Shown piece by piece: positions 54,001 through 61,965 of a stretch of 64,000 bases of DNA. The notes beneath the pieces were generated by a model, which was not told the origin of the DNA, did no database searches, and saw only the letters and a list, made by a program, of their open reading frames with translations. The stretch's first letter is position 1. Every line of letters starts with the position of its first letter. The stretch is from contig CAKKNE010000001.1 of assembly GCA_918797485.1 (NCBI GenBank), forward strand, positions 1,736,001 through 1,800,000, given 5' to 3'. Source of the stretch: Pelagomonas calceolata (taxonomy: Eukaryota). Both the position numbers and the translations under genes were made by a program.

Positions 54001-54723
54001 GTCCCGACGCCTGCGCCCGTGCTGACGAAGGCGCCCGTCGCGTCCTCGCAGACGCCCGCGCCCGTCGCCAGCTCTCCAGCACCGTCGGCGCTCATCTTCG
54101 GCGCCGGGAGCCCCGGGAATTCTGGAGGCGGCGCCGACACGGCCGGCGGCTCTTTACAAATCATCCTCGGCGTGGTCTTCGCGGCGGTCGGCCTCGTGGT
54201 CTGCGGCGGCGCGAAGTGGTACCACGACCGCGAGAAGGCCAAGGACGCGCGGAGATTGGAAAGGTGGGACGACGTCGAGCGCGAGCTGGCGTCCAAGGAG
54301 CCGGACTGGGCGAGTCCGGCGCCCGGGGGCCTCGGCGACGTCGCCGTCGAGGAGGACAAGGTTCACGTCGAGGACTCCGCCACCAAAGCCCTGTACGGCT
54401 CACCAGATGCGCCGCCGCCCAAGCGCAGTTTCAACCCGTTTTCCAAAAGGAAACCGGCGGCCGAGCCGTCCTGGGCCGAGGCGCCGGAGCCGTCCTGGGC
54501 GGCGCCGGCGGCGCCGGCCCCGCTGGCGGCGGCGGCCGCCGCCGCCGAAACGTGGCAACCGAGCAGCGACGACGACAGCTGGCCCTCGGCCGCGGATAAT
54601 GCGCCCCCGCTCCGGGAGATGTCGCCTCCCCAAATGCCGCCGCCGGACTTTGTTGCTCCGCCGGATGTCGACGGGCTGCCGCTGCCGCCGCCGCCTCCCC
54701 AGCCCGCGAGGGAAGAAGGATAA
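48073..54723 (+). CDS. 2216-aa type I membrane surface protein with PT linkers and five Cys-bracketed beta-rich repeats
   Basis: Signal peptide; three repeats end in SNDGMNCP and two are degenerate; ERRRLA site; TM IILGVVFAAVGLVV; Pro-rich tail. Confidence 0.88.
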   Translation: MANYRQLKIVTTAALLAAAVGQNTTAGPSAVPTPAPTQVPTAVPSPSPTTAVPSPLPTQTPTPEPSAAPSRLPTAVPTSVPTTSVPTPTPSAVPSPLPTPGPTTTAAPTSVPTSKPTPEGTPAPTTTAAPTSAPTPMPSTAAPTEVPAPKPTNATASTQLPTPGPTPLPSANPTVRSHGAAWAIDKAGPMLCIENTPLQVHQESGSTKYSIGALDSATGAYEALYGGENMEWTDGKHINAVSQWTSSTDEHFAFASVTELNVDDAPSLLCRINVNGEDCFSNGKLEKKANAGAVIDDTYYYGKNVGKSGTESIYYVSGLGQVNATFHTDTNFLVRGDDSLFEGKILDFAPLTEPDGEDMLIDDGVAGRSYLIGIGGKFEVFVARIGTDGAPESYAVLDGTTVDWGNGTEVSKGEFGAAFAYQSLDGETNDLKFADNEGAGLFRLELPLVIGNDCWNTGTDVTQHAVCPGTTANLVWVGLSEKAESNDGMNCPYQEDPTAVPTTAAPSTAEPSYKPTTLVPTSMPVAAETYKPTREPTEVPPTPQPTVISTYAPTVAETAPADVARFNCTAYDGALLRIEDRDLTLRMADGSFEAVWELPGDDDVKGVALHTESEDEDETRLYGAFGDKLCEFDEEAKRCLDGTLEFEPDAATIVDWTYYYGKDLGTSEGKLAFVEDVDDGPDFSDSYDFPMAHFNGTLRSFVLLREAEDVDEDIEDMDGDAIGSGDDGEYLVGVSDDGKVVVIKLDDGEPEENYAVLHASYDGEGPVTAMVFDGDAVYFTSESGLYKIDLPIVVAEWCWDGEDVVCYYNEDKQEPEDEDYMPQITYVGPADAGGTSGLVCGSLTFEQTQPSYAPTPEAGLALEPFDCTVNFHPVQVMKTDDEDYYSVMQLDPASGEYEEVYDLEHLITDDGHVNAVDLWLDGDKYYVAGSVRADDDEDSKLCFFDSEDKVCLEEDLEETKANAGCILNDNFYYAKDLGEGERSVYWVEGIGSSEPVFHSKDDAEFVVDENLYEKSVLDFVGITENEMEFIDDGEEERSYLVGLGQGFEVVVIRLEDDGTPESYAVLESEVGCVDTDNLGQPVDCDAYEDEKEEWEDEGETSAFGAAFNFRAPDWSMVQTYFASNEGWGIFELVYPLEVPDECWNSGEEDHSVCDEGAQLLWRMPSEKSKSNDGMNCPLGAGAPPEAQPSPQPVELVYAPTPQPQEETDDEPQYEAGVFDCDHHGNPVQVLREDDDEPYRVVELDASSGEYNLLYEMDYLDIDTHVNAVAMHSDGNGGYTALASIGGRVCLFDESGTECLAEALEVSKPNLGAVLGDVFYYAKEPGNGGSRRIYWVEDIVGEAPVFHKHDDALFEIPTGLFTKSVLDFVAIDEQSVDWVVDDHDQASYLVGLAQRFEVLVIRLSTSGEPEAYAVLPGVVDWEEDPGDNSPFGAAFAYHSPTWNSLETFFASNEGWGIFELHWPLAVPEACWNTGFETDTHEVCASTANLTRWHDSEESSSNDGMNCPLGHHVETYEPTTSPTTARPTPQPTNYTCSACWDQPVASLDCALHSGPLRLDGGAVVANGVTAADVSYFENANPGGLALYEARDGAYPLLAAGDMLCRVAATADASQATARCFTTGRLEVDAPPAACVLGTTYFYGDAGMLYAVHNVHTDAAVFESTGFEFGNALVRDVAPVDDYLIGVADGAASLIVVRADFTGHAALAVDDAVPGVAFDAAFAFDNGVYVAGSDGTLYNVDVDLTTIDDNCWADSGEDAPACAATATLSAAAPAPAGTGSGTNCAGTLDLGTAAPSSEPAPVAAPTPGPSPSPSTANPTARPTAAPSAKPTTAAPSAKPTAAPSFTPTHAPSLSRQLVSAAVVLEFDEADYSDDLGLAVGDALVQASPSVVACNSVTFSTTERRRLAVETRTAEAVLVVDGGADVDAVGQELSDAVSNGDFATALVDAVASYSSLESVDASNAVQVSASLAALEAISEVVPTPAPVLTKAPVASSQTPAPVASSPAPSALIFGAGSPGNSGGGADTAGGSLQIILGVVFAAVGLVVCGGAKWYHDREKAKDARRLERWDDVERELASKEPDWASPAPGGLGDVAVEEDKVHVEDSATKALYGSPDAPPPKRSFNPFSKRKPAAEPSWAEAPEPSWAAPAAPAPLAAAAAAAETWQPSSDDDSWPSAADNAPPLREMSPPQMPPPDFVAPPDVDGLPLPPPPPQPAREEG

Positions 54724-54753
54724 GTACTCAGAAGTCTACACTACCACTACTAC

Positions 54754-55949
54754 TTACAACCCTAGCACAGTACCCGCAAACACCCGCGCGTTCCATAGCG
54801 CGTGGATCGCCACCGGCACGAGCAAGTTGCCCGACGCCAGGTACAGGTAGGACCACGTCGCACCCAAAGCCGCGAGCGGCAGCGCCGCCGTGAGCGACAG
54901 GTGGTGCGCCGCAAATAATAATGAGGACACCACCGTCGCGACGTCAGCCCGTCCACAAAGCCGCTCGAGCGCCCGCAGCAGGAAGCCGCGGTAGAGGACC
55001 TCCTCCCACCACCTGTGTGCAAAGACACCATCGAGCCGGCGTCGCGTCGATGGCGTGCCGTGAACTTTGATAGTTCCGCGCGGCCCACGCACGGCGCCGT
55101 GACGCAGGGCGCGACGCCGCCGACCAGAATCGACGCGACGCCGCGGCCGTCCTCGGGGTTCACCATTTTCGTGACTAGAGTGTCGTCATCAAATAAAGTG
55201 GGCGGCACGAGGAAGTGGTTCACGCCGTCGGCGACGTTGAAAATCAATGCGGACGCGCAGTAGCCGCCGGCGACCCACCAGAGCCAGTCCGTCTTCCACT
55301 TGAAGCGGTACCAGGCCGTGGCTTTTTCTCGGTTCCACCGGATGCGCCCGTCTCTCATCTCAAGAGCTGGGACGACCGCGAGCACGGACACGCCCACGAC
55401 GAGCCACGCCAGGTGGCCGCCGAGGACCTGCAGCGCGCGGCCCATGGCCGGCGTCGCGCTTGGGGTTGCGCGGTACACAAATCCGTCCACGAGCGCCGCC
55501 ACGTAGCCGCTCCAGCGGTAGGCGACGGCGAGCGCGCCGATCGTCGTTAGGAGAGCGCGCTTGCCGATTTCGGGTGCTGGTGGGAGCTCGCGCTTCCGAG
55601 AAGTGCCCTTTCTCCGCCTTAACACGTGGAGGCCAAGGAAGGCTCCGCCGAGCAGCGAGTCGAAGCCCACCGACTGCCACAGGCCAAACTCGTTCGGGAC
55701 GAGCTGGTAGGGGAGTAGGATTGAGCTGCGTCCCAAGGCTCCAGCGTGCGCGGCGTACGTCGCGAGCACAACTCCAGCTTGCCGGGCCGGACCCCAGCTG
55801 CGCGTTTTGTTTAATGTGTTGCCGACGGCTTTGTCTAGTTTATCTAGAGCCGTGGCGCGCCGCGGTGTCAGGCGTGAGCGGTGCGCGGCTGGGCCGCGGA
55901 GGGCGTGGGAGGCTGCAATGCAGAGCAGCAGTGGTGAGAGGGGTGGCAT
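54754..55949 (-). CDS. CPBP/Abi (CAAX type II) intramembrane protease, plastid-targeted (exons 55949-55093, 55012-54754)
   Basis: Spliced AP|WWEEVLYRGFL; FAAHH and HALWN motifs. Confidence 0.88.
55013..55092 (-). mobile_element. Decayed family-1 introner intron, GT-AG, 80 bp
   Basis: cacgccatcgacgcgacgccggctcgatgg core; ttgcacacag end; TSD gtgcgtgg vs gtggtggg; restores the EExxxR motif. Confidence 0.85.
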
Positions 55950-56032
55950 TTAGCACTCGTGCGATCAATAACGTTCAGCCGTAAGCGACCGCTATTGCAC
56001 ACTTGTGCGCGAGAGCAGCCCCAGGGCTGGAT

Positions 56033-56056
56033 GCTAGTGTCTTACAAGCCGCTAGT
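56033..56056 (+). promoter_or_regulatory. Dyad-ended upstream motif, copy 10
   Basis: GCTAGTGTCTTACAAGCCGCTAGT, 84 bp upstream of the minus-strand ATG at 55949. Confidence 0.68.
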
Positions 56057-56083
56057 GCTGTGGTATTTGGGAACACAATTTAA

Positions 56084-57184
56084 TCAGCTATCGAACATCT
56101 TCAGACCCGTGTTGATGTCCTTCTCGGGGAAGCCCGCCTTCTCGACGAGGGGCGCGAGCTTGGCGGCGGCGGCGTCGAGGGCGGCCATGTCGGACGCGTC
56201 GCAGGACCAGCCGAGCGAGGCGTAGTTTTGCGTCACCTGCGAGAGCGTCCGGCACCCCGGAATGGGAACGGCGCCTTTCGCACGGCACCAGTTGATGGCG
56301 ACTTGCGTCGGCGAGGCGTCGTGCTTCTTCTGCACGGCAGCGATGGCGGCGAGCAGCTCCGCCGATGCGGGCTGCGAGAAGAAGCTCTCCGCGAGCTTTT
56401 TGCGCGGGCCCTTGGGCGGATTGGCTAATGAATATTTGCCCGACAGCAGCCCCAATCCCAGCGGCGAGTACGCTAATATTTTCACGCCGAGGTCGTCGCA
56501 CGTCTGCTTCAGACCATTCGAGTTCGCGAAGGGGTACGCCAGAGAGTATTGGATCTGATTTGAGAGCAACGGGATGCCGCGCGCGGAGAGCGTCTTGGAG
56601 ACAGCTTTTACCGCGTCCGAGCCGTAGTTGCTGACGCCGACCGCCTTGACCAAACCCTTCTCGTAGCAGTCGCCGAGCCCGTCCCAGTAGGCCTCGTTCG
56701 CCCACGCATTGGGAAAATGTATCTGATAGAGCTCCATCGAGTCCCGACCGAGCCTCTTGAGGGACGCCTCGCAGGCCTTGACGACGTCGTCGCGGCTCGT
56801 GCGCCACGGGAGCGCTGCGAATTTAGACGCAACAGTCACCTTGCCGTGGCGCTTCTCGAATTGTCCCACGAGCGACTCAGATCTCCCAATGCCGTAGAGC
56901 TCGGCCGTGTCGACGAATCCATCCCTGCGCGCCGCTACGAACGAGAAGACCTTCTCGAGTTCTGCATCCTCCTTCGGGTCGTAGCCCCAAAACAAGCTGT
57001 CACCCCACGCCCAGGCCCCGATGCCCATCTTTGGGAGCGCGAGCTTCGCCTCCGTTGCAGCTACCGCCGGGTTCGGCAGCGCGACTTGCGCCAGCGACGC
57101 GCTCGCGCCGGCGATTGCGCCGCGACGGTTCACATTCAGCGCTGCTGCTGATGCAGACAGACCAAGCAGCAGTGCTGGCTTCAT
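56084..57184 (-). CDS. Aldo-keto reductase (pyridoxal reductase-like), plastid-targeted
   Basis: GIGAWAWGD, DTAELYG, LYQIHFP, VGVSNY and AYSPLGLGLLSGKY motifs. Confidence 0.9.
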   Translation of the reverse strand: MKPALLLGLSASAAALNVNRRGAIAGASASLAQVALPNPAVAATEAKLALPKMGIGAWAWGDSLFWGYDPKEDAELEKVFSFVAARRDGFVDTAELYGIGRSESLVGQFEKRHGKVTVASKFAALPWRTSRDDVVKACEASLKRLGRDSMELYQIHFPNAWANEAYWDGLGDCYEKGLVKAVGVSNYGSDAVKAVSKTLSARGIPLLSNQIQYSLAYPFANSNGLKQTCDDLGVKILAYSPLGLGLLSGKYSLANPPKGPRKKLAESFFSQPASAELLAAIAAVQKKHDASPTQVAINWCRAKGAVPIPGCRTLSQVTQNYASLGWSCDASDMAALDAAAAKLAPLVEKAGFPEKDINTGLKMFDS

Positions 57185-57336
57185 TGCTGGCAGTAGAAAT
57201 TGCCCAACGGCTTCAGCAGCTTTCGATATATGCACGAGGCACAAATGCTTGCAGGGTGCGATCGATACGTGCGTTCGCGTCCAGCTCTGCGGCGCTCAGC
57301 TGCTGAGCGCAGCTGCTGCCGGTGCTGCCGGCGTTT

Positions 57337-57360
57337 GCTAGTGTCTTACAGGACGCTAGC
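57337..57360 (+). promoter_or_regulatory. Dyad-ended upstream motif, copy 11
   Basis: GCTAGTGTCTTACAGGACGCTAGC between divergent starts at 57184 and 57697. Confidence 0.7.
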
Positions 57361-57696
57361 TCGGCATTTTTGCAGGCTCCCCCACCAGAGGGCCAGCGAT
57401 AGTGCAATTAGTGTTTTGTATACGGCACGATACGTGTGGTGTGCGGCACAACGCGAGGGCGCTGCACGAGCGTTGCCAGGGTAGCTGCCAGAGTGCAGCT
57501 CTCACAAGCACACACTCTACCGCTGAGCGCAGAGCAAAACGAGCTGGTCAAGTGGCCAAGCGTCTGAGTGGCCTCAAGGCTAGTTGGCTCGAAAACGGCC
57601 CGGCAAAAAGCGTACGGGGGCTCGGCGCGGGAGCAATCTCTCCCTCTCCATCTCCCGGCTGCCGAATCAATAAAAAACGCTGCCCCAGCAACAACA

Positions 57697-60159
57697 ATGG
57701 ACCAGCAGCAGCCAAACACGGACCCGGCGCAGCACGCCGCGGCCGAGATCATGCGCCGCTTACGGGCTAAGGAGCGCGAGCTCCGGGAGACGCAGGCCAC
57801 GCTGGAACGGGAGCGCGAGGCGCACGGCCGCAGCGCGAGCGCCGTGGCGCATCACCGCGAGGCGTCGGTCGTGAAGCTGTCCATCGGCGGCACCCACTTC
57901 ACGACGTCGAAGTCGACGCTGGTCCCCGCCTCTGGCTTCTTCTCAGTCCTGCTCAGCGGCCGCTTCCCGCCGGTGCTCGACGACTCGGGCGCCGTCTTCG
58001 TGGACCGCGATGCGCAGCATTTCCCCCAAGTCCTCGCCTTCCTCCGCGACGGCGCGATGCCGCGGTGGGGCAGCGACGAGGAGCGGGAGGCGCTCGAGCG
58101 CGAGGCGGATTTCTACCAGATCGAGGCGCTCATGCGCGTCGTGGGACCCGCGCAGAATATGGTTGCAGCCGCCGGTCCCACGAACGAGCGCATGCGCGAC
58201 GAGGAGAACGAGCTCCGGGCGCTTTTCGTGAGCGCGCGCGACGACCCTCGGATCTCGCACCCGCACACGCACCTCATAGACGTCTTCTCCTCACTCACGA
58301 CCTTCGTCGGCGGCGGCGTCGAGCTGGACGAACTACGTGACGTGCCGACGCTCGCGCGCTTCCACACGCACCGCCCACCGGTGGCCGGCGCGCCGTCGGT
58401 CGTCCCGAGCGTCGACGTCTTTCGCCGGCAATTCCAAAGCTTTGCGGGGGGGCTGCTCGACGGGTTTGACTGGGAGAACCTCGTCGCCGCCGGATCCTCT
58501 GCGTTAATACCGGCGCTGCCGCTGCCGCGCCGGCCTGAGACGTGGCGCACCGCCGCGCTGACTGATGCGGACTACGAGCGGCTTTGCTATTTGCATCTGG
58601 CCCCCTTTGGTCTCGACGACCGAGCGGACCTCGACTTTGTCACCGACGACCCGCGCTTCTTCGAGGCCCTACAGACGCAATGGGACAACGACGAAACCGT
58701 GCCCGAAGATGAGCAGGGCGGCGACGCTCCCCACAAGGACGTCGTCGACGTCGTCCGGGACATGCCTGTGTCGACTTCTGACGTTGATTTGTTCATCCAC
58801 GGCGTGGAAGACGAGTCGCAGGCGCTCGCGATCATCCGCCGCGTCCACGAGCACCTGGTGCGTAAGTGTCCGGACGACGGCTACGTCACGGCGTGGCGCG
58901 GCCGCCACGCCGTCACATTTCACGTCGGCTCGATGAAAGTGTCGCGGACAAACCCCGATCACATTCATGGAGACCCCCGCTCCAGACGGAGGCACTGCGA
59001 GAGCCACTGGTGCCCGCGGCGGATACAGGTGGTGTTTCGCCTCTACAAGAGCATCGCGGAGGTATTGATGGGCTTTGATCTGGACGCGTCCTGCTTCGGC
59101 TACGACGGGTTGCGGCTCTGGTGCCTTCCGCGGGCGCGCCGCGCCGTGAACGGCCGAATCAACGTCGTCGATCCGTCGCGTCAAAGCGTGACTTACGAGA
59201 CGCGACTCCTGAAATACGCGGAGCGCGGGTTCGCAATCGCGGTCCCCGGCCTCGAGCCGCAGCGCCTCGACGCGTCCGCCACGCTGCGGCCCTGGCACGA
59301 AGTGAATGGCCTCGCGCGGCTCCTCTGCGTCATCAAGCACCGCCAGGAGCGCGTCAACCACATCAAGGCCGGGCGAGAAATGAACAGTGGTGGCCGATGG
59401 GAGATGCCGCGCGACGGTCAGGCGCTGTGCGAACATAAGGGAGGCAAAGCGGGCATGGGCGAACGCGTCATGAACTGGTTCGGCGCCGCGGCTGCGCGCG
59501 GCATGGATCCTGACAAGCCGGACGGTAATGCTATAGTGTGCGTGGCCCCCGACGCGCAGAGTCGCACGATGACCGGCTGGCGCGTCCCCTCGAGTCTCTG
59601 CCGCTTGCTACAAGCCCTGAACCTCTTAGACAAACTACGCCCGGAGCCGGACGCCCCTGCTCCCTTTGAGGCTTCTGACTACGAGGACATCGTCGTGGAC
59701 GGAAGAACCACCAGGGAAGTCCTCCGCGCGATCTCGCGCAATTCTTTCTGGCACAACGACGCTTATACCCCACCTTTCGACGCCACGCGCTGTCGGCGCG
59801 CGCCCATCGTGGTCGCGTCGACGCGCGGCGATGCTACTCCTCACAGAATTGCGTTGGACTTCAACCTGCTCGTCGACACGCCTCCGAATCCGCTAATCAT
59901 TGGCCTGCCGGGACTGGGACGTCGGACCTCCGATGAACCCGACCTCACAGCAAGCTACACCTACGTGAGCTCCCTGGGGCGCCGCGTCGAGTGGATAACG
60001 GTGGACCCCGGCAGACAGTACATCGGCTCCTTCCGGCCGCTTGACAACGACTGGTTCAAGGACGCGTACCTCTCCAACGGCGCCGCCAAGTTCTCAGACG
60101 ACCTCCTCGCGTCGTTCAGTACGCCCCGACCCGAGCTGCAGCAACCGCCTCGGCAGTAG
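57697..60159 (+). CDS. KCTD-type BTB/POZ domain fused to a putative nucleotidyltransferase-fold domain
   Basis: VKLSIGGTHFTTSKSTL..FVDRD..F..L.FLRDG..EADFYQ; LVAAGSS..SDVDLF..FDLD..YETRLLKYAERGF. Confidence 0.75.
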   Translation: MDQQQPNTDPAQHAAAEIMRRLRAKERELRETQATLEREREAHGRSASAVAHHREASVVKLSIGGTHFTTSKSTLVPASGFFSVLLSGRFPPVLDDSGAVFVDRDAQHFPQVLAFLRDGAMPRWGSDEEREALEREADFYQIEALMRVVGPAQNMVAAAGPTNERMRDEENELRALFVSARDDPRISHPHTHLIDVFSSLTTFVGGGVELDELRDVPTLARFHTHRPPVAGAPSVVPSVDVFRRQFQSFAGGLLDGFDWENLVAAGSSALIPALPLPRRPETWRTAALTDADYERLCYLHLAPFGLDDRADLDFVTDDPRFFEALQTQWDNDETVPEDEQGGDAPHKDVVDVVRDMPVSTSDVDLFIHGVEDESQALAIIRRVHEHLVRKCPDDGYVTAWRGRHAVTFHVGSMKVSRTNPDHIHGDPRSRRRHCESHWCPRRIQVVFRLYKSIAEVLMGFDLDASCFGYDGLRLWCLPRARRAVNGRINVVDPSRQSVTYETRLLKYAERGFAIAVPGLEPQRLDASATLRPWHEVNGLARLLCVIKHRQERVNHIKAGREMNSGGRWEMPRDGQALCEHKGGKAGMGERVMNWFGAAAARGMDPDKPDGNAIVCVAPDAQSRTMTGWRVPSSLCRLLQALNLLDKLRPEPDAPAPFEASDYEDIVVDGRTTREVLRAISRNSFWHNDAYTPPFDATRCRRAPIVVASTRGDATPHRIALDFNLLVDTPPNPLIIGLPGLGRRTSDEPDLTASYTYVSSLGRRVEWITVDPGRQYIGSFRPLDNDWFKDAYLSNGAAKFSDDLLASFSTPRPELQQPPRQ

Positions 60160-60322
60160 GCTTCTACTAACGTGCATCTATGAAGCCATCCGAGTCGATG
60201 CGTATCGGACGGGGCGAGTTGTGCACACAGGAAGGGTAGGTAGGCTCGACTGCTTGCTCTTACTAACGTGACAGGGATAAGGGGGGGGCGGGGCCGCGCC
60301 CATAGACTTGGGTGGAGCGCGA

Positions 60323-61297
60323 TCACATGGAGAAGGCCCGGTGCCGCTCGTTGACGTAGTCCGCGTACGGCGCCGGCCAGGACCCGTCCTCGCTCTCGGA
60401 ATCGGACGAGGACCCGTCCTTGCAGACCTTGACCGCTTTCAACCGGCCGTTGTGCACGCCGAGCAGGAAGGACACGCGGTCGCCCACGGCCGGCCGCCAG
60501 CCGAGCTCCGCGTCCGACGGGTGCAGGAACAGGTCGCCGCGCTGGTGGCCCCGGTCTCTCAACAAAGGCTGGTCCGGCCGCACGAAGCCGTACCAGCCCT
60601 GCGCGCCCGGCCGCCGCGATAAGTGGACCACCGTGCCTCCTAACCTCCCATCCGGCCGCTGGTTGTCAAACGAGTCGGCCGGCGCTTGGAGCGGCGAGAG
60701 CACGGGCGGCTCGCGGCCCGTCGGCGTGCCGTGCGGCGTCACGCGTAAAGGCCGCTCCGGCGTGTGCTGCGGCGACGCGAAGCGCGGCGAGACCGGTGAC
60801 GACGACGCCGACGACGGCGCGAAGGCCGGCGCCAGAGGTGATAAAGCCCCGAGCTCGTTGTCCTCCACCGCGATGTGCGCCACTCGCTCGAGGGCGACAC
60901 ATAACTCCCCCGAATTGATGCGCGGCATGGGCATGGGCGCGCTCGTCGCCCGGTGCGTCAAAGGGACGTGCTCCCACGAGGGGCTCACGGTCCGCTCCGG
61001 CGTCCTCGGCTGCTCCGGAGGCGGCGGCCAGGCCAAACTATCAGGCGAGACTTGCGGCGCGGCCATGGGCCAGAGCTCGCTGCCCCTATGTCTTAATTCG
61101 TTTTCGCCGTGCGCATATGTGCAAGCGTCGCCGCGCGAACAATTCCCGTACTGCTCGAACTCTCCACAAAGACGCGTGCGCCAGGCGTCGGGGTCGCGCG
61201 ACTGGGCGCCGCGGTGCTCCCGCTTCATGAATGGGCTGGTAGGCGGCTCGGCGAGGCTCTGGCTGCGGCGCCGCGCGCGCGTGAGCTGATTTGGCAT
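60323..61297 (-). CDS. CCCH zinc finger + cold-shock (OB) domain RNA-binding protein
   Basis: RTRLC..GNCSRGDACTYAHGENEL; GWYGFV..DLFLH..GDRVSF..KAVKV. Confidence 0.75.
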   Translation of the reverse strand: MPNQLTRARRRSQSLAEPPTSPFMKREHRGAQSRDPDAWRTRLCGEFEQYGNCSRGDACTYAHGENELRHRGSELWPMAAPQVSPDSLAWPPPPEQPRTPERTVSPSWEHVPLTHRATSAPMPMPRINSGELCVALERVAHIAVEDNELGALSPLAPAFAPSSASSSPVSPRFASPQHTPERPLRVTPHGTPTGREPPVLSPLQAPADSFDNQRPDGRLGGTVVHLSRRPGAQGWYGFVRPDQPLLRDRGHQRGDLFLHPSDAELGWRPAVGDRVSFLLGVHNGRLKAVKVCKDGSSSDSESEDGSWPAPYADYVNERHRAFSM

Positions 61298-61965
61298 TAT
61301 GTCTATGTACTATGTCCAGGCGGGCATTTCTGTAGGTGCTAGGTGATCATCGAGGCTCGTCGGCGTCGGACGGCGGCCCAGTTTTGAACGCGAGCCAAAT
61401 GCTCTGGCCCTATCTTTGAGAGAGCTCTTTGACACACAGCCGTGCTGCGGGCCTCGTCTCTTTCGCTCAGCGGTGCGGCTATATTAGGAGTACTGCCTCA
61501 AAGGCCCCTCGCGCTGCCGATAGTGGGAGAACACGGAGCTTAAGCGGGCAGGCCAAATGGTGTCAAGCTTGCTTCTCACTCACATTTTGGTCAGTTCTCG
61601 GACCTGTCCAGCCCTCCGCAGTCGCGCACAGACACGCTCTGGCTCCCCTGTTACGCTTACCGCGGCTAACTCGGATGTCAAAAATCGTTACGGGTTTCTG
61701 GCGGCGCTGCAGTCAGCTTTATCGGCCTCCAGCGAGCGCCGTGGGCAAAGTTACACGGCGATTCTTGCTGCGATTTGTCTACTGGCATCGATAGCATCGC
61801 CTGAAGACAGCTCAGTGCTCGCCTAATTGCAAGGTTGGCGTAATCACAACGTCCTCCGGCTATCGGCCTCCACGTGCCGCGGGCAGCTAGAGGACCAGGA
61901 GAGCTGCCACGATCCTTCGTTTGGCTTCATAACGCAGCGCTGTCGGCGTGAAGCATCGAAACAAG

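Noticed and set aside
59750..59846. Possible in-frame intron in the BTB-NTase gene ending ...cctcacag
   Set aside because: No convincing donor; the GC at 59751 would create a TGA on splicing; the frame is open without it
60156..60274. Possible intron(s) across or after the BTB gene stop (gtaggc..tgcacacag; two TACTAAC)
   Set aside because: Not constrained by protein homology, so it cannot be supported without transcripts
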